This document shows, piece by piece, positions 36,835 to 47,434 of a stretch of DNA of 64,000 bases. The position numbers were made by a program, and so were the translations under genes. Where the stretch lies: positions 37,129-101,128 of the forward strand of contig CALQYT010000002.1 of assembly GCA_943348815.1 (NCBI GenBank), read 5' to 3'. Source of the stretch: Candidatus Nomurabacteria bacterium. Its GTDB lineage: Bacteria; Patescibacteriota; Minisyncoccia; Phycocordibacterales; SBAW01. The stretch's first letter is position 1; every line of letters starts with the position of its first letter. The notes under the pieces were generated by a model. It was not told the origin of the DNA and did not search any database. It saw only the letters and a list, made by a program, of their open reading frames with translations.

Positions 36835-39582
36835 ATGCGGAAGATTGCAGCCATAGTGCTCGTGCTTGCCTGCGCGCCGCTCTTAGCGAGCGCGCACGCC
36901 ACACCCGTCTCATACGAGCCGGCGTCTTCTGCCGTGCTCACAAACCCTCCTAAAGAGGTTTCGATCCACTTTAGCGAAAGGGCAGATGCGGCAGCCAGTT
37001 CGTTGCAAGTACTTGCGCCGGATGGCGAGGTGGTGTCGCAGGGGAGTCCGCGCGTCGCACAGGGCGACGCGCGAGTGCTCTCTGTGTCTATCGTTGCAAC
37101 GACGAGCGGTACCTACGTGGTTAATTGGAGCGTCGTGTCGGCAGATGACGGGCACTTTACCAAAGGAGGTTACTTGTTTGCCGTTGGACAAGCGGTTGAT
37201 GCCTCTAAACAAACGTCCTCGTTTGAGTTAGTGACCACCAACAACATTCCCGAAGCACTCGGCATGACGGTCGAGTTAATGGGGCATGGGTTACTGTGGG
37301 CAATCCTATTATTTTTTGTATTCGCATTACGGCCGGTCTTAGGGCGTTTTATTGCTGAAAAACCCCTGTTGCGTCGATTGCATGCACGAGTGCTTTTTGG
37401 CGCCATCGCACTCGTCATACTGGGCGGACTGTTGCAGCTTTACACCAAGTCGTCTGATCTTTCGAGCTTGCATAGTGTTGGATTGCTCTCCGCCTTTTGG
37501 CTGTATCTCGGCACTTCGGCTGGGTTAGCCACACTCGTTCGTATGGGAGCCGCCACAATTATTGCGATCGTTTTTGCTTTTGCAAGAAAAAAGATTTTTG
37601 ATTCTGCGCATTTTACGCTGTGGGAGGGAATAATTTTTGGACTACTCTGTATTTTTGCTTTCGCGCGGGCAGTTATTAGCCACGCTACCGCAAACCCTTT
37701 TCATCCGTATTTTTCTATCCTCGTTAACTTTTTCCACGTAATAGAGAAGGACGTGTGGGCCGGTCTGCTATTTATTCTGCTCTTGCTACTGCTTATGCCG
37801 CGCCTGCGCGGGGTCTTTAGTGCGGTCGTGCAACGGGTGTTTGTGATGCTTTTGTGGGATGCAGCGGCTGTTGCGGTAACGGCAAGCTACATCGTATGGC
37901 TGCATCTAAAAAGTTTTAACAATCTCTTTTCGACCGAATGGGGGACCGCGTTTTTATACTTGCTTTGCGCCGCAGTGGTGTTGGTGCTGGTGCGGACTTG
38001 GAGCACGTGGGCACTTTGGCGCGGCCATGCCAAACAGCTCCCACTGGCGCTTGGTACAGAATTTATTTTTGCGGTGTTCGTAATCTACTTCTCGAGCATC
38101 GTTATTATTACCTCACCGCCGCTGTTAACGCCGCCAACTAAAGTTTTTAGCACCACGAGCCAAGGGATGACGATTAATCTTGGGCGCGACACTTCAGATG
38201 ATTCCGCGCTTTTGTTGCGCGCGGGCGGTGCGCCAACGGTTAGGATCGACTCACTCTCGGTCGACGCACACGCCCGTTATCCGGGTGCCTACGACATTCC
38301 TTTGGCCTTGCTTACCGGGACTACTACACACACAGTTTCGATCACCGTGCCACAGCAGAGGAGCTATGATGCGCACGCTGAGTTTGAAGTTACAAAAAGT
38401 GATTTTGTGCCACCGGCAGGATGGGAGTCGCAGCGACCGTTCGACTTTTTTACCATCGCGATAATCGTACTGGCTTTGTTGGCACTCTTATACTCCTTTG
38501 GTCTTTTGTGGATTTTGCGGCACACAAACGCACCTCCTATGTTGGTGGGCGCTACGACGCTTCAGGTCGCTGGCGCTGTGGTAGCGGCAAGTGTGGTTGG
38601 TATAGGATTTTTTGCCATCGTCATGAGTCTGGGCCTGGCAAATCCCTTTAAGGCGCTCTGCGAGAGCGACGGTAACAGGTGGCACACGATGCCGCCCAGC
38701 ATAGCGGGTGTCGCGACCAGTATGACCCCGCGCGAGGGCTGCATGTGGGGGATGGGTAGTTACACTTATCTTTTTGCCGATCAACAAGAATATAAATATT
38801 ATGAATCATTGCCACACGCAGAAGTTTCGCTCGCGGCGTCGCCAAAAATATTGGTTGCCGGAGTGCCCACCACGCTTACCGTATCGCTCACAAATGCAGA
38901 CGGGACTCCGGCGACGCTGTTTGTCGATATGGAAAAGTTGGTGCACTTGGTAATTGTCAGCAAAGACGAAACTACGTTTGCGCATATTCATGCCGCGCAA
39001 ACTGGCGACGAAATTGCGGCGTCGACTTATCACTTTACATACACCTTCCCCAAAGCGGGGGAATACTTAGTGTCAGCCGACTATGCACATGGACTGACAT
39101 TCGAATCAAAACAATTTGTAGTTATGGTCAGAGGTGCTCCGACACAAACAGTACAAGCAAAAGAGTATCCATCGCCCGGCGCTTTTGGCGGTTACCAAGT
39201 TGCGCTTAAATACGCGCTGCCGCTTGCCGGCAAAGTAGCAACGCTGCAATACACGATTACTAAAGATGACAAACCAATTACTACGATTGAGCCGTATCTT
39301 TCGGCTGCAGCGCATGTATCGATAGTAAAAAATGATTTCTCAACTTTTATTCATACGCACGGTGAGTTGCATCCGCCCGGCGTGCCGCTGCCGCCTATCG
39401 TCGTTAAAAACGGCCAAGTAGTGCACACGATGGCACAAATGATGAATGTGCCCGAGCATTTTGGCCCGCTGGTGGAAACGCATCTTATTTTCGGAACGGC
39501 GGGGCTGTATACGGTTTGGGCAGAGTTTAAAGTAAACGGTACGGTAATTCCTACCGCATTTACGGTGCGGGTGGAAGAGTAG
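36835..39582 (+). CDS. CopC-CopD fusion copper transport/resistance protein (YcnJ-like) with an extra TM segment and a duplicated C-terminal extracytoplasmic domain
   Basis: The N-terminus after 'ASA|HATPVSYEPAS...' has a CopC fold with 'WSVVSADDGHFTKGGYLFAV'. A polytopic CopD-like core follows. The C-terminal ~330 aa has two similar halves carrying 'FAHIHAAQTGDE' and 'FIHTHGELHPPG'. Confidence 0.7.
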   Translation: MRKIAAIVLVLACAPLLASAHATPVSYEPASSAVLTNPPKEVSIHFSERADAAASSLQVLAPDGEVVSQGSPRVAQGDARVLSVSIVATTSGTYVVNWSVVSADDGHFTKGGYLFAVGQAVDASKQTSSFELVTTNNIPEALGMTVELMGHGLLWAILLFFVFALRPVLGRFIAEKPLLRRLHARVLFGAIALVILGGLLQLYTKSSDLSSLHSVGLLSAFWLYLGTSAGLATLVRMGAATIIAIVFAFARKKIFDSAHFTLWEGIIFGLLCIFAFARAVISHATANPFHPYFSILVNFFHVIEKDVWAGLLFILLLLLLMPRLRGVFSAVVQRVFVMLLWDAAAVAVTASYIVWLHLKSFNNLFSTEWGTAFLYLLCAAVVLVLVRTWSTWALWRGHAKQLPLALGTEFIFAVFVIYFSSIVIITSPPLLTPPTKVFSTTSQGMTINLGRDTSDDSALLLRAGGAPTVRIDSLSVDAHARYPGAYDIPLALLTGTTTHTVSITVPQQRSYDAHAEFEVTKSDFVPPAGWESQRPFDFFTIAIIVLALLALLYSFGLLWILRHTNAPPMLVGATTLQVAGAVVAASVVGIGFFAIVMSLGLANPFKALCESDGNRWHTMPPSIAGVATSMTPREGCMWGMGSYTYLFADQQEYKYYESLPHAEVSLAASPKILVAGVPTTLTVSLTNADGTPATLFVDMEKLVHLVIVSKDETTFAHIHAAQTGDEIAASTYHFTYTFPKAGEYLVSADYAHGLTFESKQFVVMVRGAPTQTVQAKEYPSPGAFGGYQVALKYALPLAGKVATLQYTITKDDKPITTIEPYLSAAAHVSIVKNDFSTFIHTHGELHPPGVPLPPIVVKNGQVVHTMAQMMNVPEHFGPLVETHLIFGTAGLYTVWAEFKVNGTVIPTAFTVRVEE

Positions 39583-39628
39583 CTTTTTATTTTGACTAAT
39601 TTCCGCTATAGTTTCCGTGCGCACCCTT

Positions 39629-39672
39629 AGTCCCGACGCTTGGGTCGGGATCCCGACAGAATCGTCGGGACT
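39629..39672. repeat. Nested palindrome, a potential cruciform or double hairpin
   Basis: Outer stem AGTCCCGACG (39629-38) pairs with CGTCGGGACT (39663-72). The inner perfect palindrome is GTCGGGATCCCGAC (39644-57). Confidence 0.45.
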
Positions 39673-39695
39673 CAGAGATAGGAAGTGTGCCAAAG

Positions 39696-39769
39696 GCACC
39701 CTTAGCTCAGTTGGTTAGAGCGCACCCTTCACACGGGTGAGGTCGGGAGTTCGAGCCTCTCAGGGTGCA
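39696..39769 (+). tRNA. tRNA-Val (anticodon CAC), no encoded CCA
   Basis: Acceptor GCACCCT/AGGGTGC, D-arm TAGCTCAGTTGGTTAGAGC, anticodon loop TTCACAC, T-loop TTCGAGC. Confidence 0.85.
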
Positions 39770-39794
39770 CTGCTTCGCCAAGGCTTCGCAGTGC
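39770..39794 (+). repeat. 25-nt tRNA-trailer repeat, copy 1 (CTGCTTCGCCAAGGCTTCGCAGTGC)
   Basis: Begins immediately after the tRNA-Val discriminator. Together with the tRNA 3' end it forms GCACTGC...GCAGTGC. Confidence 0.6.
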
Positions 39795-39812
39795 GAGCAC
39801 AGGCAAGCGATT

Positions 39813-39883
39813 CGGGCTGTAGTATACCGGTAGTACGCGCGCTTCGGGTGCGTGAAGACTGGGTTCGATTCCCAGCAGCCCGA
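39813..39883 (+). tRNA. tRNA-Pro (anticodon CGG), no encoded CCA
   Basis: C1:G72 acceptor CGGGCTG/CAGCCCG, anticodon loop TTCGGGT, T-loop TTCGATT. Confidence 0.8.
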
Positions 39884-39909
39884 CAAAGTGATATAGTTTT
39901 TTGGCTTAA

Positions 39910-39980
39910 GGGCCCATAGTAAAGTGGTATTACGCGTCATTCGCATTGACGAGGCTCGAGTCCGATTCTCGATGGGTCCA
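39910..39980 (+). tRNA. tRNA-Ala (anticodon CGC), no encoded CCA
   Basis: Acceptor GGGCCCA/TGGGTCC with G3:U70. Anticodon loop TTCGCAT. Confidence 0.8.
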
Positions 39981-40005
39981 CTGCTTCGCCAAGGCTTCGC
40001 AGTGC
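39981..40005 (+). repeat. 25-nt tRNA-trailer repeat, copy 2
   Basis: Identical to copy 1. Begins right after the tRNA-Ala(CGC) discriminator. Confidence 0.6.
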
Positions 40006-40020
40006 AGGCACAAGAAGCCA

Positions 40021-40050
40021 GCAAAACTCCCCAAATGGGGAGTTTTGCTT
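40021..40050 (+). terminator. Rho-independent terminator
   Basis: AAAACTCCCC-AAAT-GGGGAGTTTT perfect hairpin followed by GCTTT. Confidence 0.6.
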
Positions 40051-40106
40051 TAAGTGGAGAAGCAGTGTCCTGCGTAGCTTTAGCGGAGCAGGGCTATAAT
40101 CGAATC

Positions 40107-40346
40107 ATGCACTATGTGTATATTCTCCAAAGTCAGGTGGATGGAAGTTTATATGTGGGTGTCACCGAGGATATAAAACGTCGTTTTGTCGAACACAATA
40201 ATGGTAATGCTAAATATTCAAGCTCGAAACGGCCTTATAAACTGAAATGGTTTTGTGCATTCCCAACGAAACAAAAGGCACTTATCTTCGAAAGATATCT
40301 AAAACACGGTTCCGGTTTTGCTTTTGCACGAAAACATTTAATTTAA
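40107..40346 (+). CDS. GIY-YIG nuclease family protein (YhbQ/UPF0213-like, 80 aa)
   Basis: 'MHYVYILQSQVDGSLYVGVTEDIKRRFVEHNNG'. The ORF-track call 39924-40346 runs through tRNA-Ala. The real start is the Met at 40107. Confidence 0.8.
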   Translation: MHYVYILQSQVDGSLYVGVTEDIKRRFVEHNNGNAKYSSSKRPYKLKWFCAFPTKQKALIFERYLKHGSGFAFARKHLI

Positions 40347-40616
40347 AAATAAAAAACAGACATCGTTAGTTAGTGTCTGTCAGCTTGCGGCATGAATTTG
40401 CCGATCTTCGCCAGAATTTCCCCGGCGATCGATGTGGATCAGATCACCTTCTTTCGGGTAGGTTCTGGGTATATCGAATTTGATCTGGAAGCTCGGGGCT
40501 TCCAGGACCCGTTCGGTGACGTCTAGCCGCCATACCATTTGTCGTGCCCTTTTGTGCGTACCCTACTAGAAACTACAGAAGATTAAGAAAAGATACAATC
40601 GCGTTATACTAGGGAT

Positions 40617-41162
40617 ATGGGGGGTTCAGAAACGATAAGCATTGCGGTGGCGCTGTTGGCGCTGTTTTTGGTGTTGAGTACGGCGCTCAAGTATGCCGTG
40701 CGCGATAACTTTCATCGCACGAGGCTTATCATGACGCTGTTTTTCTTTTTCATTATCATCACGCTCACGATGGCGTTTTGGCGCTACACGCTCGCCTCGT
40801 TGCCCTCTACCATCCCTGCGGCGCTTGCAGGCGTGGCGCTTGGCTATGTGGCGGGAGTGCGCGAGGCGCAACGCAAATTAATGGAGCAAGGAGTTGAGTT
40901 TTATCGCGAGCACTTCCATCACGTGCACTTTATGGATATCCAAAACCTCAGTTGGTGGAGCGTTATTAACTTTTACTCCGTGATGGGCGCATTAGTGTTG
41001 ATTAACCTGGTAGGATTGAGCACCGTATTTTTTGTTGGGCGCGAGTCGTGGGCTATTGCGAGCTGTGTGGTGGGCGCCCTCCTTTTAGGATCCTTGGTGC
41101 CGTATCTCGTGCACCTGTGGAGCCTGCCTGCCGGCAAGGCAGGTATTAAAGCAGCGGACTAG
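40617..41162 (+). CDS. Hypothetical polytopic membrane protein
   Basis: 181 aa with five predicted TM helices. Confidence 0.4.
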   Translation: MGGSETISIAVALLALFLVLSTALKYAVRDNFHRTRLIMTLFFFFIIITLTMAFWRYTLASLPSTIPAALAGVALGYVAGVREAQRKLMEQGVEFYREHFHHVHFMDIQNLSWWSVINFYSVMGALVLINLVGLSTVFFVGRESWAIASCVVGALLLGSLVPYLVHLWSLPAGKAGIKAAD

Positions 41163-41847
41163 CAATAAGCGCTGCACAAGCAAACAAAAGTACGATAAGC
41201 GAGCTGTGGAATATGCGGCGCGCGATCTGGCGTGTGTGGTTGCTTGGTGTTTGGTGGACAAATAACGGCACTCCGGCTGCTTGGTATTCTTCGTAGCGAT
41301 AATACGCAATTGCCATAAAGTGCGGTATCTGCCATAAAAATAGCGCCGCAAAAAGTATGAACGCATACCAATCGAGCAGGTTGGTTGCTGCAACATATCC
41401 GACGACCGGCGGCATGGCACCGGCGAGTGCTCCAACCCAAAGCGCGTGCGGGGTTTTTGGTTTAAGGGGGGTGTAAACGAAGACGTAAATCACAAATCCC
41501 AACAAACCAAATACCAAACTTAAAAGGTTAATCTTCCACAAAAGGACAATACCCAGAGTTAAAAATGCTGAAGCAAAGAGTATCGCGTGCCGTACACTGA
41601 TGCGCCCTGCAGCGATGGCGCGGTTGTTGGTGCGCGCCATTTTGGCATCCATGTAGCGATCGGAGACGTTATTGCAAACACAGGCGGCGGCGACTACGCA
41701 CGACAACCCGATCAACAGTTCCCAAAAAGGAATACTTGCGCTGAGCGTAGTCGAACCAAAAAAGAATCCCGCTACTGCCGCGAGCGCGTTGCCCGCCACC
41801 ATGCGGGGTTTGGCGAGTTCGAAATAATCACGGAGCGTCCTAGTCAA
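41146..41847 (-). CDS. cyoE: Protoheme IX farnesyltransferase (heme O synthase)
   Basis: UbiA-family topology and motifs ('NNVSDRYMDAKMARTNNR'). It is the last gene of the cyo operon. Confidence 0.85.
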   Translation of the reverse strand: MTRTLRDYFELAKPRMVAGNALAAVAGFFFGSTTLSASIPFWELLIGLSCVVAAACVCNNVSDRYMDAKMARTNNRAIAAGRISVRHAILFASAFLTLGIVLLWKINLLSLVFGLLGFVIYVFVYTPLKPKTPHALWVGALAGAMPPVVGYVAATNLLDWYAFILFAALFLWQIPHFMAIAYYRYEEYQAAGVPLFVHQTPSNHTRQIARRIFHSSLIVLLFACAALIASPLL

Positions 41848-42175
41848 GTTGGTGTTCGGGGGATGGCTCGCCTATAAACATTTCGGATTGATTGTGTTGG
41901 AGATTGCTCATGATCCATAGCGAGCCACCAACCACGAGCACGACTATCAAGATTGCAAAACCATAGACAAATTTGTTCCACCCATTGCCTTGAGGTAGGT
42001 GCAAGAAATACACGGTTTGTACCAACAGTTGAGCCACCGCAAACAGCGGTAATACAACATAGAGCAGCTCGTGAGGAATTGCCGTGTGATTCATATGCAC
42101 ATGCATCCCCACCAATCCAAAACTCAAAAGAGTAAATAAGAGCGAGAGGATCAGGCCGTCAAAATAGTGCTTCAT
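41840..42175 (-). CDS. cyoD: Cytochrome o quinol oxidase subunit IV
   Basis: Roughly 110-aa 3-TM protein directly after cyoC. The start is taken at 'MKHYFDGL', which overlaps the cyoC stop as ATGA. Confidence 0.55.
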   Translation of the reverse strand: MKHYFDGLILSLLFTLLSFGLVGMHVHMNHTAIPHELLYVVLPLFAVAQLLVQTVYFLHLPQGNGWNKFVYGFAILIVVLVVGGSLWIMSNLQHNQSEMFIGEPSPEHQLD

Positions 42176-42666
42176 ATAATTCCAAAGAGATACACAAAGG
42201 TGAAGATAAAGATCCAGATGATGTCGAGGAAGTGCCAAAAGAGCACGAGACGCTGCAGTTGATAAAACCGTTGGGTGACGAGCATCACCAGCATCCACAA
42301 ACATCCTGCGGCAACATGCAGGCCGTGCGTGCCGACGAGGGCAAAAAATGAGGAGAGGTAGGCCGAGTGAGAAGGTCCAAAACCCTCGAGCATTAAATTT
42401 TTAAATTCGTAGACTTCCAACCCAAGAAAGCCCAAGCCAAGCAGAAGGGTCAGTATTAGAAAAGTATTTTGTTTTTTAGTGACAAAAGCGAGCCCGACCG
42501 TAAAACTTGAGATAAGCAGGGCGAGGGTTTGGACAAAGACGAACGGTAACGAAAAAATATCTTCGCTGCCGCGCAACACCGCAAACGTAGCAAAGAGGCT
42601 CGCAAAGAGCACGCAATCGCTCATGATATAGAGCCAGAATCCCAGCGTTGTTTTGTCAGTCGGCAT
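42172..42666 (-). CDS. cyoC: Cytochrome o quinol oxidase subunit III
   Basis: Five TM helices, '[21 protein letters not shown]'. Heme-copper oxidase subunit III family. Confidence 0.8.
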   Translation of the reverse strand: MPTDKTTLGFWLYIMSDCVLFASLFATFAVLRGSEDIFSLPFVFVQTLALLISSFTVGLAFVTKKQNTFLILTLLLGLGFLGLEVYEFKNLMLEGFGPSHSAYLSSFFALVGTHGLHVAAGCLWMLVMLVTQRFYQLQRLVLFWHFLDIIWIFIFTFVYLFGII

Positions 42667-44467
42667 ATTCTGGTTTAGGGAGAGTGATGAGGGACAACAA
42701 AATACCGATCAAAGCCAGCGCAGCGAGCCACCAAATGTGCCAGATGAGTCCAAAACCAAAGAGTGCGGCGACCGCGCCTATGGCGACGCCGCGTGCGCTG
42801 CGCTCATGCAATGGTTCGGCCGGTTCTTGCCACTCAGGGCCCTGCGAGCGCCACGGATTTTCGCCCACATGATGTTTATGTTTATTCCAAATGCTCACGA
42901 TTATTTGAATTATTTGGAATAGGACCGCGAGCGCTATTACGGCTGCACCAGCCGCTGCGATATCAAATAACCAATGTGCCCACGGTTGTGTGTACAAGCC
43001 ACTTGCAACGTCGATATGGTCGAGCCGGCGGGTGACGCCCATTAACCCAAGCGCGTAGAGCGGCATAAAGGCCATAAGGAAGCCCACGATCCATGCCCAA
43101 AACGCAGCTTTGCCCCAGCGCTCATTTAACATAATCCCCGTAAATTTGGGGAACCAGTAGGTAAACCCGGCAAAGAATCCAAACACCACGCCGCCGATAA
43201 TCATGTTGTGAAAGTGCGCGACCAAAAACAAACTGTTGTGAAGCTGAAAGTCGGCTGCGGGGATAGACATTAAGACGCCCGTCATTCCGCCAATGGTAAA
43301 CGTGGTGAGGAAGCCTATAAACCACAGCATCGGTGTGGCAAAAATAATCCGTCCGCGGAACATCGTGAAGAGCCAGTTAAATACTTTAACCCCGGTGGGG
43401 ATAGCGATAGCCATCGTCATGATGCCAAAAAAGGCGTTGACATCGGCACCGGCGCCCATGGTGAAGAAGTGGTGCACCCACACCATAAACGACAACACCA
43501 CAATGAGCATGGTGGCGACGACCATGGAGGTGTAGCCAAAAAGTTTTTTCTGCGAAAAGGTCGCGACCACTTCAGAAAATATGCCAAACGCGGGGAGTAC
43601 CAAAATATACACCTCTGGGTGGCCCCACGCCCAAATGAGGTTGACGTACATCATCGCGTTGCCGCCCAGATCGGTGGTAAAAAAGTGGAAGCCGAGCGTG
43701 CGGTCAAGTGCAAGCAGTGCCAACGTGACCGTGAGTATGGGGAAGGCAAAAATAACCAACAACATCGAGCCGAGGGTTGTCCACGTAAACATTGGCATTT
43801 GCATGAGCCGCAGGTGGCCACGCATGGTGGCAATGGTGGTAAGAAAGTTGATGCCCGAAAGTAAAGTACCAATACCCGCAATTTGGAGGGCCCAAATATA
43901 ATAGTCGACACCAACCCCCGGGGAGTAGGCAAGTTCGGAGAGCGGCGGGTAGGCAAGCCAGCCCGTTGCCGCAAATTGTCCGACGACGAGCGAAAGGTTT
44001 AAAAGCAACGCGCCGGTTGCGGTGAGCCAAAAGCTAATCGAGTTGAGGAGGGGGAAGGCGACGTCTTTGCTACCTAGTTGGAGCGGCAACACCAGGTTTA
44101 TGATGCCAAACATAAACGCCATTGCCGCAAAAAAGATCATAATGACACCGTGCGCGGTAAAGAGTTGGGCAAAATGGTCGGGTGAAATATAGCCTGGCGC
44201 GCCAACGGCAAGCGCTTGCTGCGATTTCATCATCAGTGCATCGACAAAGCCGCGGCCAAACATCACAAACGACAGCAGAATGTACATGATGCCAATGCGT
44301 TTTGGGTCAAGCGAGGTGAGCCACTGTTGCCAGAGCCATCGCCAACGACCTAAGTAGGTGATCGCGAGTACGGTGACGAGCACTGCGACAATAACGATGA
44401 TTTGCGCGCCCGTTTCGATAGGGCCGTGGATGAATGCTTGCGGAGTTAGGAGTCCAAAGAGCGACAT
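42656..44467 (-). CDS. cyoB: Cytochrome bo3-type quinol oxidase subunit I (heme-copper oxidase catalytic subunit)
   Basis: Contains '[23 protein letters not shown]' and '[16 protein letters not shown]'. The His ligands for heme and CuB are conserved. Confidence 0.9.
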   Translation of the reverse strand: MSLFGLLTPQAFIHGPIETGAQIIVIVAVLVTVLAITYLGRWRWLWQQWLTSLDPKRIGIMYILLSFVMFGRGFVDALMMKSQQALAVGAPGYISPDHFAQLFTAHGVIMIFFAAMAFMFGIINLVLPLQLGSKDVAFPLLNSISFWLTATGALLLNLSLVVGQFAATGWLAYPPLSELAYSPGVGVDYYIWALQIAGIGTLLSGINFLTTIATMRGHLRLMQMPMFTWTTLGSMLLVIFAFPILTVTLALLALDRTLGFHFFTTDLGGNAMMYVNLIWAWGHPEVYILVLPAFGIFSEVVATFSQKKLFGYTSMVVATMLIVVLSFMVWVHHFFTMGAGADVNAFFGIMTMAIAIPTGVKVFNWLFTMFRGRIIFATPMLWFIGFLTTFTIGGMTGVLMSIPAADFQLHNSLFLVAHFHNMIIGGVVFGFFAGFTYWFPKFTGIMLNERWGKAAFWAWIVGFLMAFMPLYALGLMGVTRRLDHIDVASGLYTQPWAHWLFDIAAAGAAVIALAVLFQIIQIIVSIWNKHKHHVGENPWRSQGPEWQEPAEPLHERSARGVAIGAVAALFGFGLIWHIWWLAALALIGILLSLITLPKPEYAD

Positions 44468-44468
44468 G

Positions 44469-45230
44469 TTAGTGGCCGAATTGTTTCAGTATCGCATGGT
44501 AGAGGTCGATGCGATATGCATACGTGCGTTCTTGTTCGGTACTTGGTGCGCGTAGCGCGCTGTAAGTTGCCTGATCGAGCACGGGCGAGGTAGAGGCAGT
44601 TGCAGCTACCCACGCTTCAAAATCTTTTTGAGCGACCGCGTGCACCACAAAGTGCATACCGGCAAAACCCGCGCCGCTGTAGTTGGCCGAGTAGCCGGGA
44701 TAATCACCGGGTTTGTCGGCCATCAAGTTGAGCCTATTATCCATCCCGGTCATCGCATAAATTTGCCCGCCTAACTGTGGCACCCAAAACGAATTCATGG
44801 GCGCATCGGCGGTAATGTGGAACTCAACCGGTATGTTGGCCGGAATTTCTAGCGTGTTAAGGCTGGCAACCCCAAGAGAGGGGTATAAAAAGAGCCATTT
44901 CCACGGCAGTGCGACGACCTCGACTTGTAATGCGGGGACGGTCGAGGGGAGGGGTTTACGGGGATCGAGTGCATGCGTGCTGCCCCAGGTGAGTGCGCCG
45001 AGTACCAAAATAATTTCGAGCGGGATCGCCCACCAAATAAGCTCGTCCATCTTAGCGTGCTCCCAGTTAGGAGAGTAGCGAGCTTTGTGGTTACCAGCGC
45101 GATAGTAGTAGGCAAAGAAAAAAAGCAGCACAAACACCGGTACCACGACAATAAGCATAAGAAGCGTCGCTTGGATAATAAGCGACGCTTCTTGGCTCGC
45201 GATGATGCCGCTGCTCTGCAGCAAGTACAT
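44469..45230 (-). CDS. cyoA: Quinol oxidase subunit II (CyoA-type, CuA site absent)
   Basis: '[52 protein letters not shown]' aligns to E. coli CyoA. The CuA Cys/His ligands are missing. Confidence 0.85.
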   Translation of the reverse strand: MYLLQSSGIIASQEASLIIQATLLMLIVVVPVFVLLFFFAYYYRAGNHKARYSPNWEHAKMDELIWWAIPLEIILVLGALTWGSTHALDPRKPLPSTVPALQVEVVALPWKWLFLYPSLGVASLNTLEIPANIPVEFHITADAPMNSFWVPQLGGQIYAMTGMDNRLNLMADKPGDYPGYSANYSGAGFAGMHFVVHAVAQKDFEAWVAATASTSPVLDQATYSALRAPSTEQERTYAYRIDLYHAILKQFGH

Positions 45231-45237
45231 CGCTACA

Positions 45238-45897
45238 TTATATGCCGACTTTTATACCGGTCTCGTGATCGGTCTTAATTCCGCCCTCGCCACCCTTAAC
45301 ACTCGTGCCGGTTTGCACCTGTACGTTTGCGTTGGTGTCTGCGTTGTTGTTAGTAGTTTCGGTTGTTGAAGCTTCAGGATGAGTTGCCGCATCAGCAGTA
45401 GCTTTAGCCGAAAGTTGTGAAGCAACGTCGAGGGTTGCCCGCACGTTGTTGATGACGACACCGAGCGCTGCTTGCGCGTTCGTGTTGGCGTGAGCGCTTG
45501 CTTGGGCAAGCACCTGAATGCGCGAGGCTACTGAGGCTTGAAATTTGGCCGCAACATCGGCGGCGGCTTGGTAGTCGCCATCGGCCTGCAAGTTGGCGAT
45601 GCGCTCAGCAACGCCGCGTGCGTGGGCGTCAAAGTTGCCCTGCAAGTCGGCCTCAAGGTTGGCATCGAGCTTGTTTTCTGCGGCAAGTTTTTGTGCCTCG
45701 TCGAGGCGTGCTTCGGCAAGGGCGATGTCCCAGTTAGCCTTGGCTTCGTCGCCCACGGCGATAGACTCGGCTACGCGTTCGTTAACCTGAGTTTTAAATC
45801 CCCACAAAGCGTCGCCCGGGAGCGCGTTTTGCGCCGCGACGGAAGTACCGCCGCCAATGGCTGCGGCAAGAATGAGTGCTAGTGCAATAAAAGGCAT
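45238..45897 (-). CDS. Hypothetical Ala-rich exported coiled-coil protein heading the cyo operon
   Basis: Signal peptide 'MPFIALALILAAAIGGGTSVAAQ'. The rest is Ala/Gln/Asn-rich low-complexity sequence. Confidence 0.4.
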   Translation of the reverse strand: MPFIALALILAAAIGGGTSVAAQNALPGDALWGFKTQVNERVAESIAVGDEAKANWDIALAEARLDEAQKLAAENKLDANLEADLQGNFDAHARGVAERIANLQADGDYQAAADVAAKFQASVASRIQVLAQASAHANTNAQAALGVVINNVRATLDVASQLSAKATADAATHPEASTTETTNNNADTNANVQVQTGTSVKGGEGGIKTDHETGIKVGI

Positions 45898-46020
45898 GGT
45901 ATTAGTTTTTAGTTACTAATCTATACGAACAGTATATATGACGAGCTCAGCTATGAGGACTTACACGTAGACAATAGAGTCTTTTTTCTTGGCCAAATAT
46001 AGGCTAAAATACCTTTATCT

Positions 46021-46987
<967 letters not shown>

Positions 46988-46993
46988 ACGTTT

Positions 46994-47434
46994 GTGCAGG
47001 CAATTCTTACCACATTCGGGATAGATTGGCGGCTCTTGCTCGTCAACATCATTAACTTCGGGCTCTTGCTCGCGGCGTTGTGGTACTTTTTGTACGGTCC
47101 GGTTACCAAAATGTTAGAGGAGCGTCGGCAGCGAGTCGCACAAGGGGTTGCCGACGCTGAAGCGGCTGCGCAAAAACTTGCCGAGGTAGAAGTAAAGCGC
47201 CGCGAGGTGCTAGGTGCCGCCGGCAAAGAGGCCGACGAAATACTATTGGGTGCGCGCTCTGCGGGTTCTGCAAAAGAACGCGAGTTGGTCAAGAAGGGAG
47301 AGTCGTCTGCGGCAGCGGTATTACGCGAGGCAGAGGCTCAAGCCGCCGAACTAAAGACCCGCGCTATCGACGAAAGTCGCCAGGAGGTCGCCAAACTGAT
47401 TGTCTTGGGGATAGAAAAGGCTTTAAAACAATGA
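46994..47434 (+). CDS. atpF: F0F1 ATP synthase subunit b
   Basis: N-terminal TM helix plus a long charged helix. Confidence 0.8.
   Translation: MQAILTTFGIDWRLLLVNIINFGLLLAALWYFLYGPVTKMLEERRQRVAQGVADAEAAAQKLAEVEVKRREVLGAAGKEADEILLGARSAGSAKERELVKKGESSAAAVLREAEAQAAELKTRAIDESRQEVAKLIVLGIEKALKQ

Noticed and set aside
39737-40106. ORF-track ORFs 39737-39919 and the 5' part of 39924-40346
   Set aside because: They run through tRNA-Val, tRNA-Pro and tRNA-Ala and owe their shared 'LLRQGFAV' peptide to the 25-nt tRNA-trailer repeat. The genuine GIY-YIG CDS starts at 40107.
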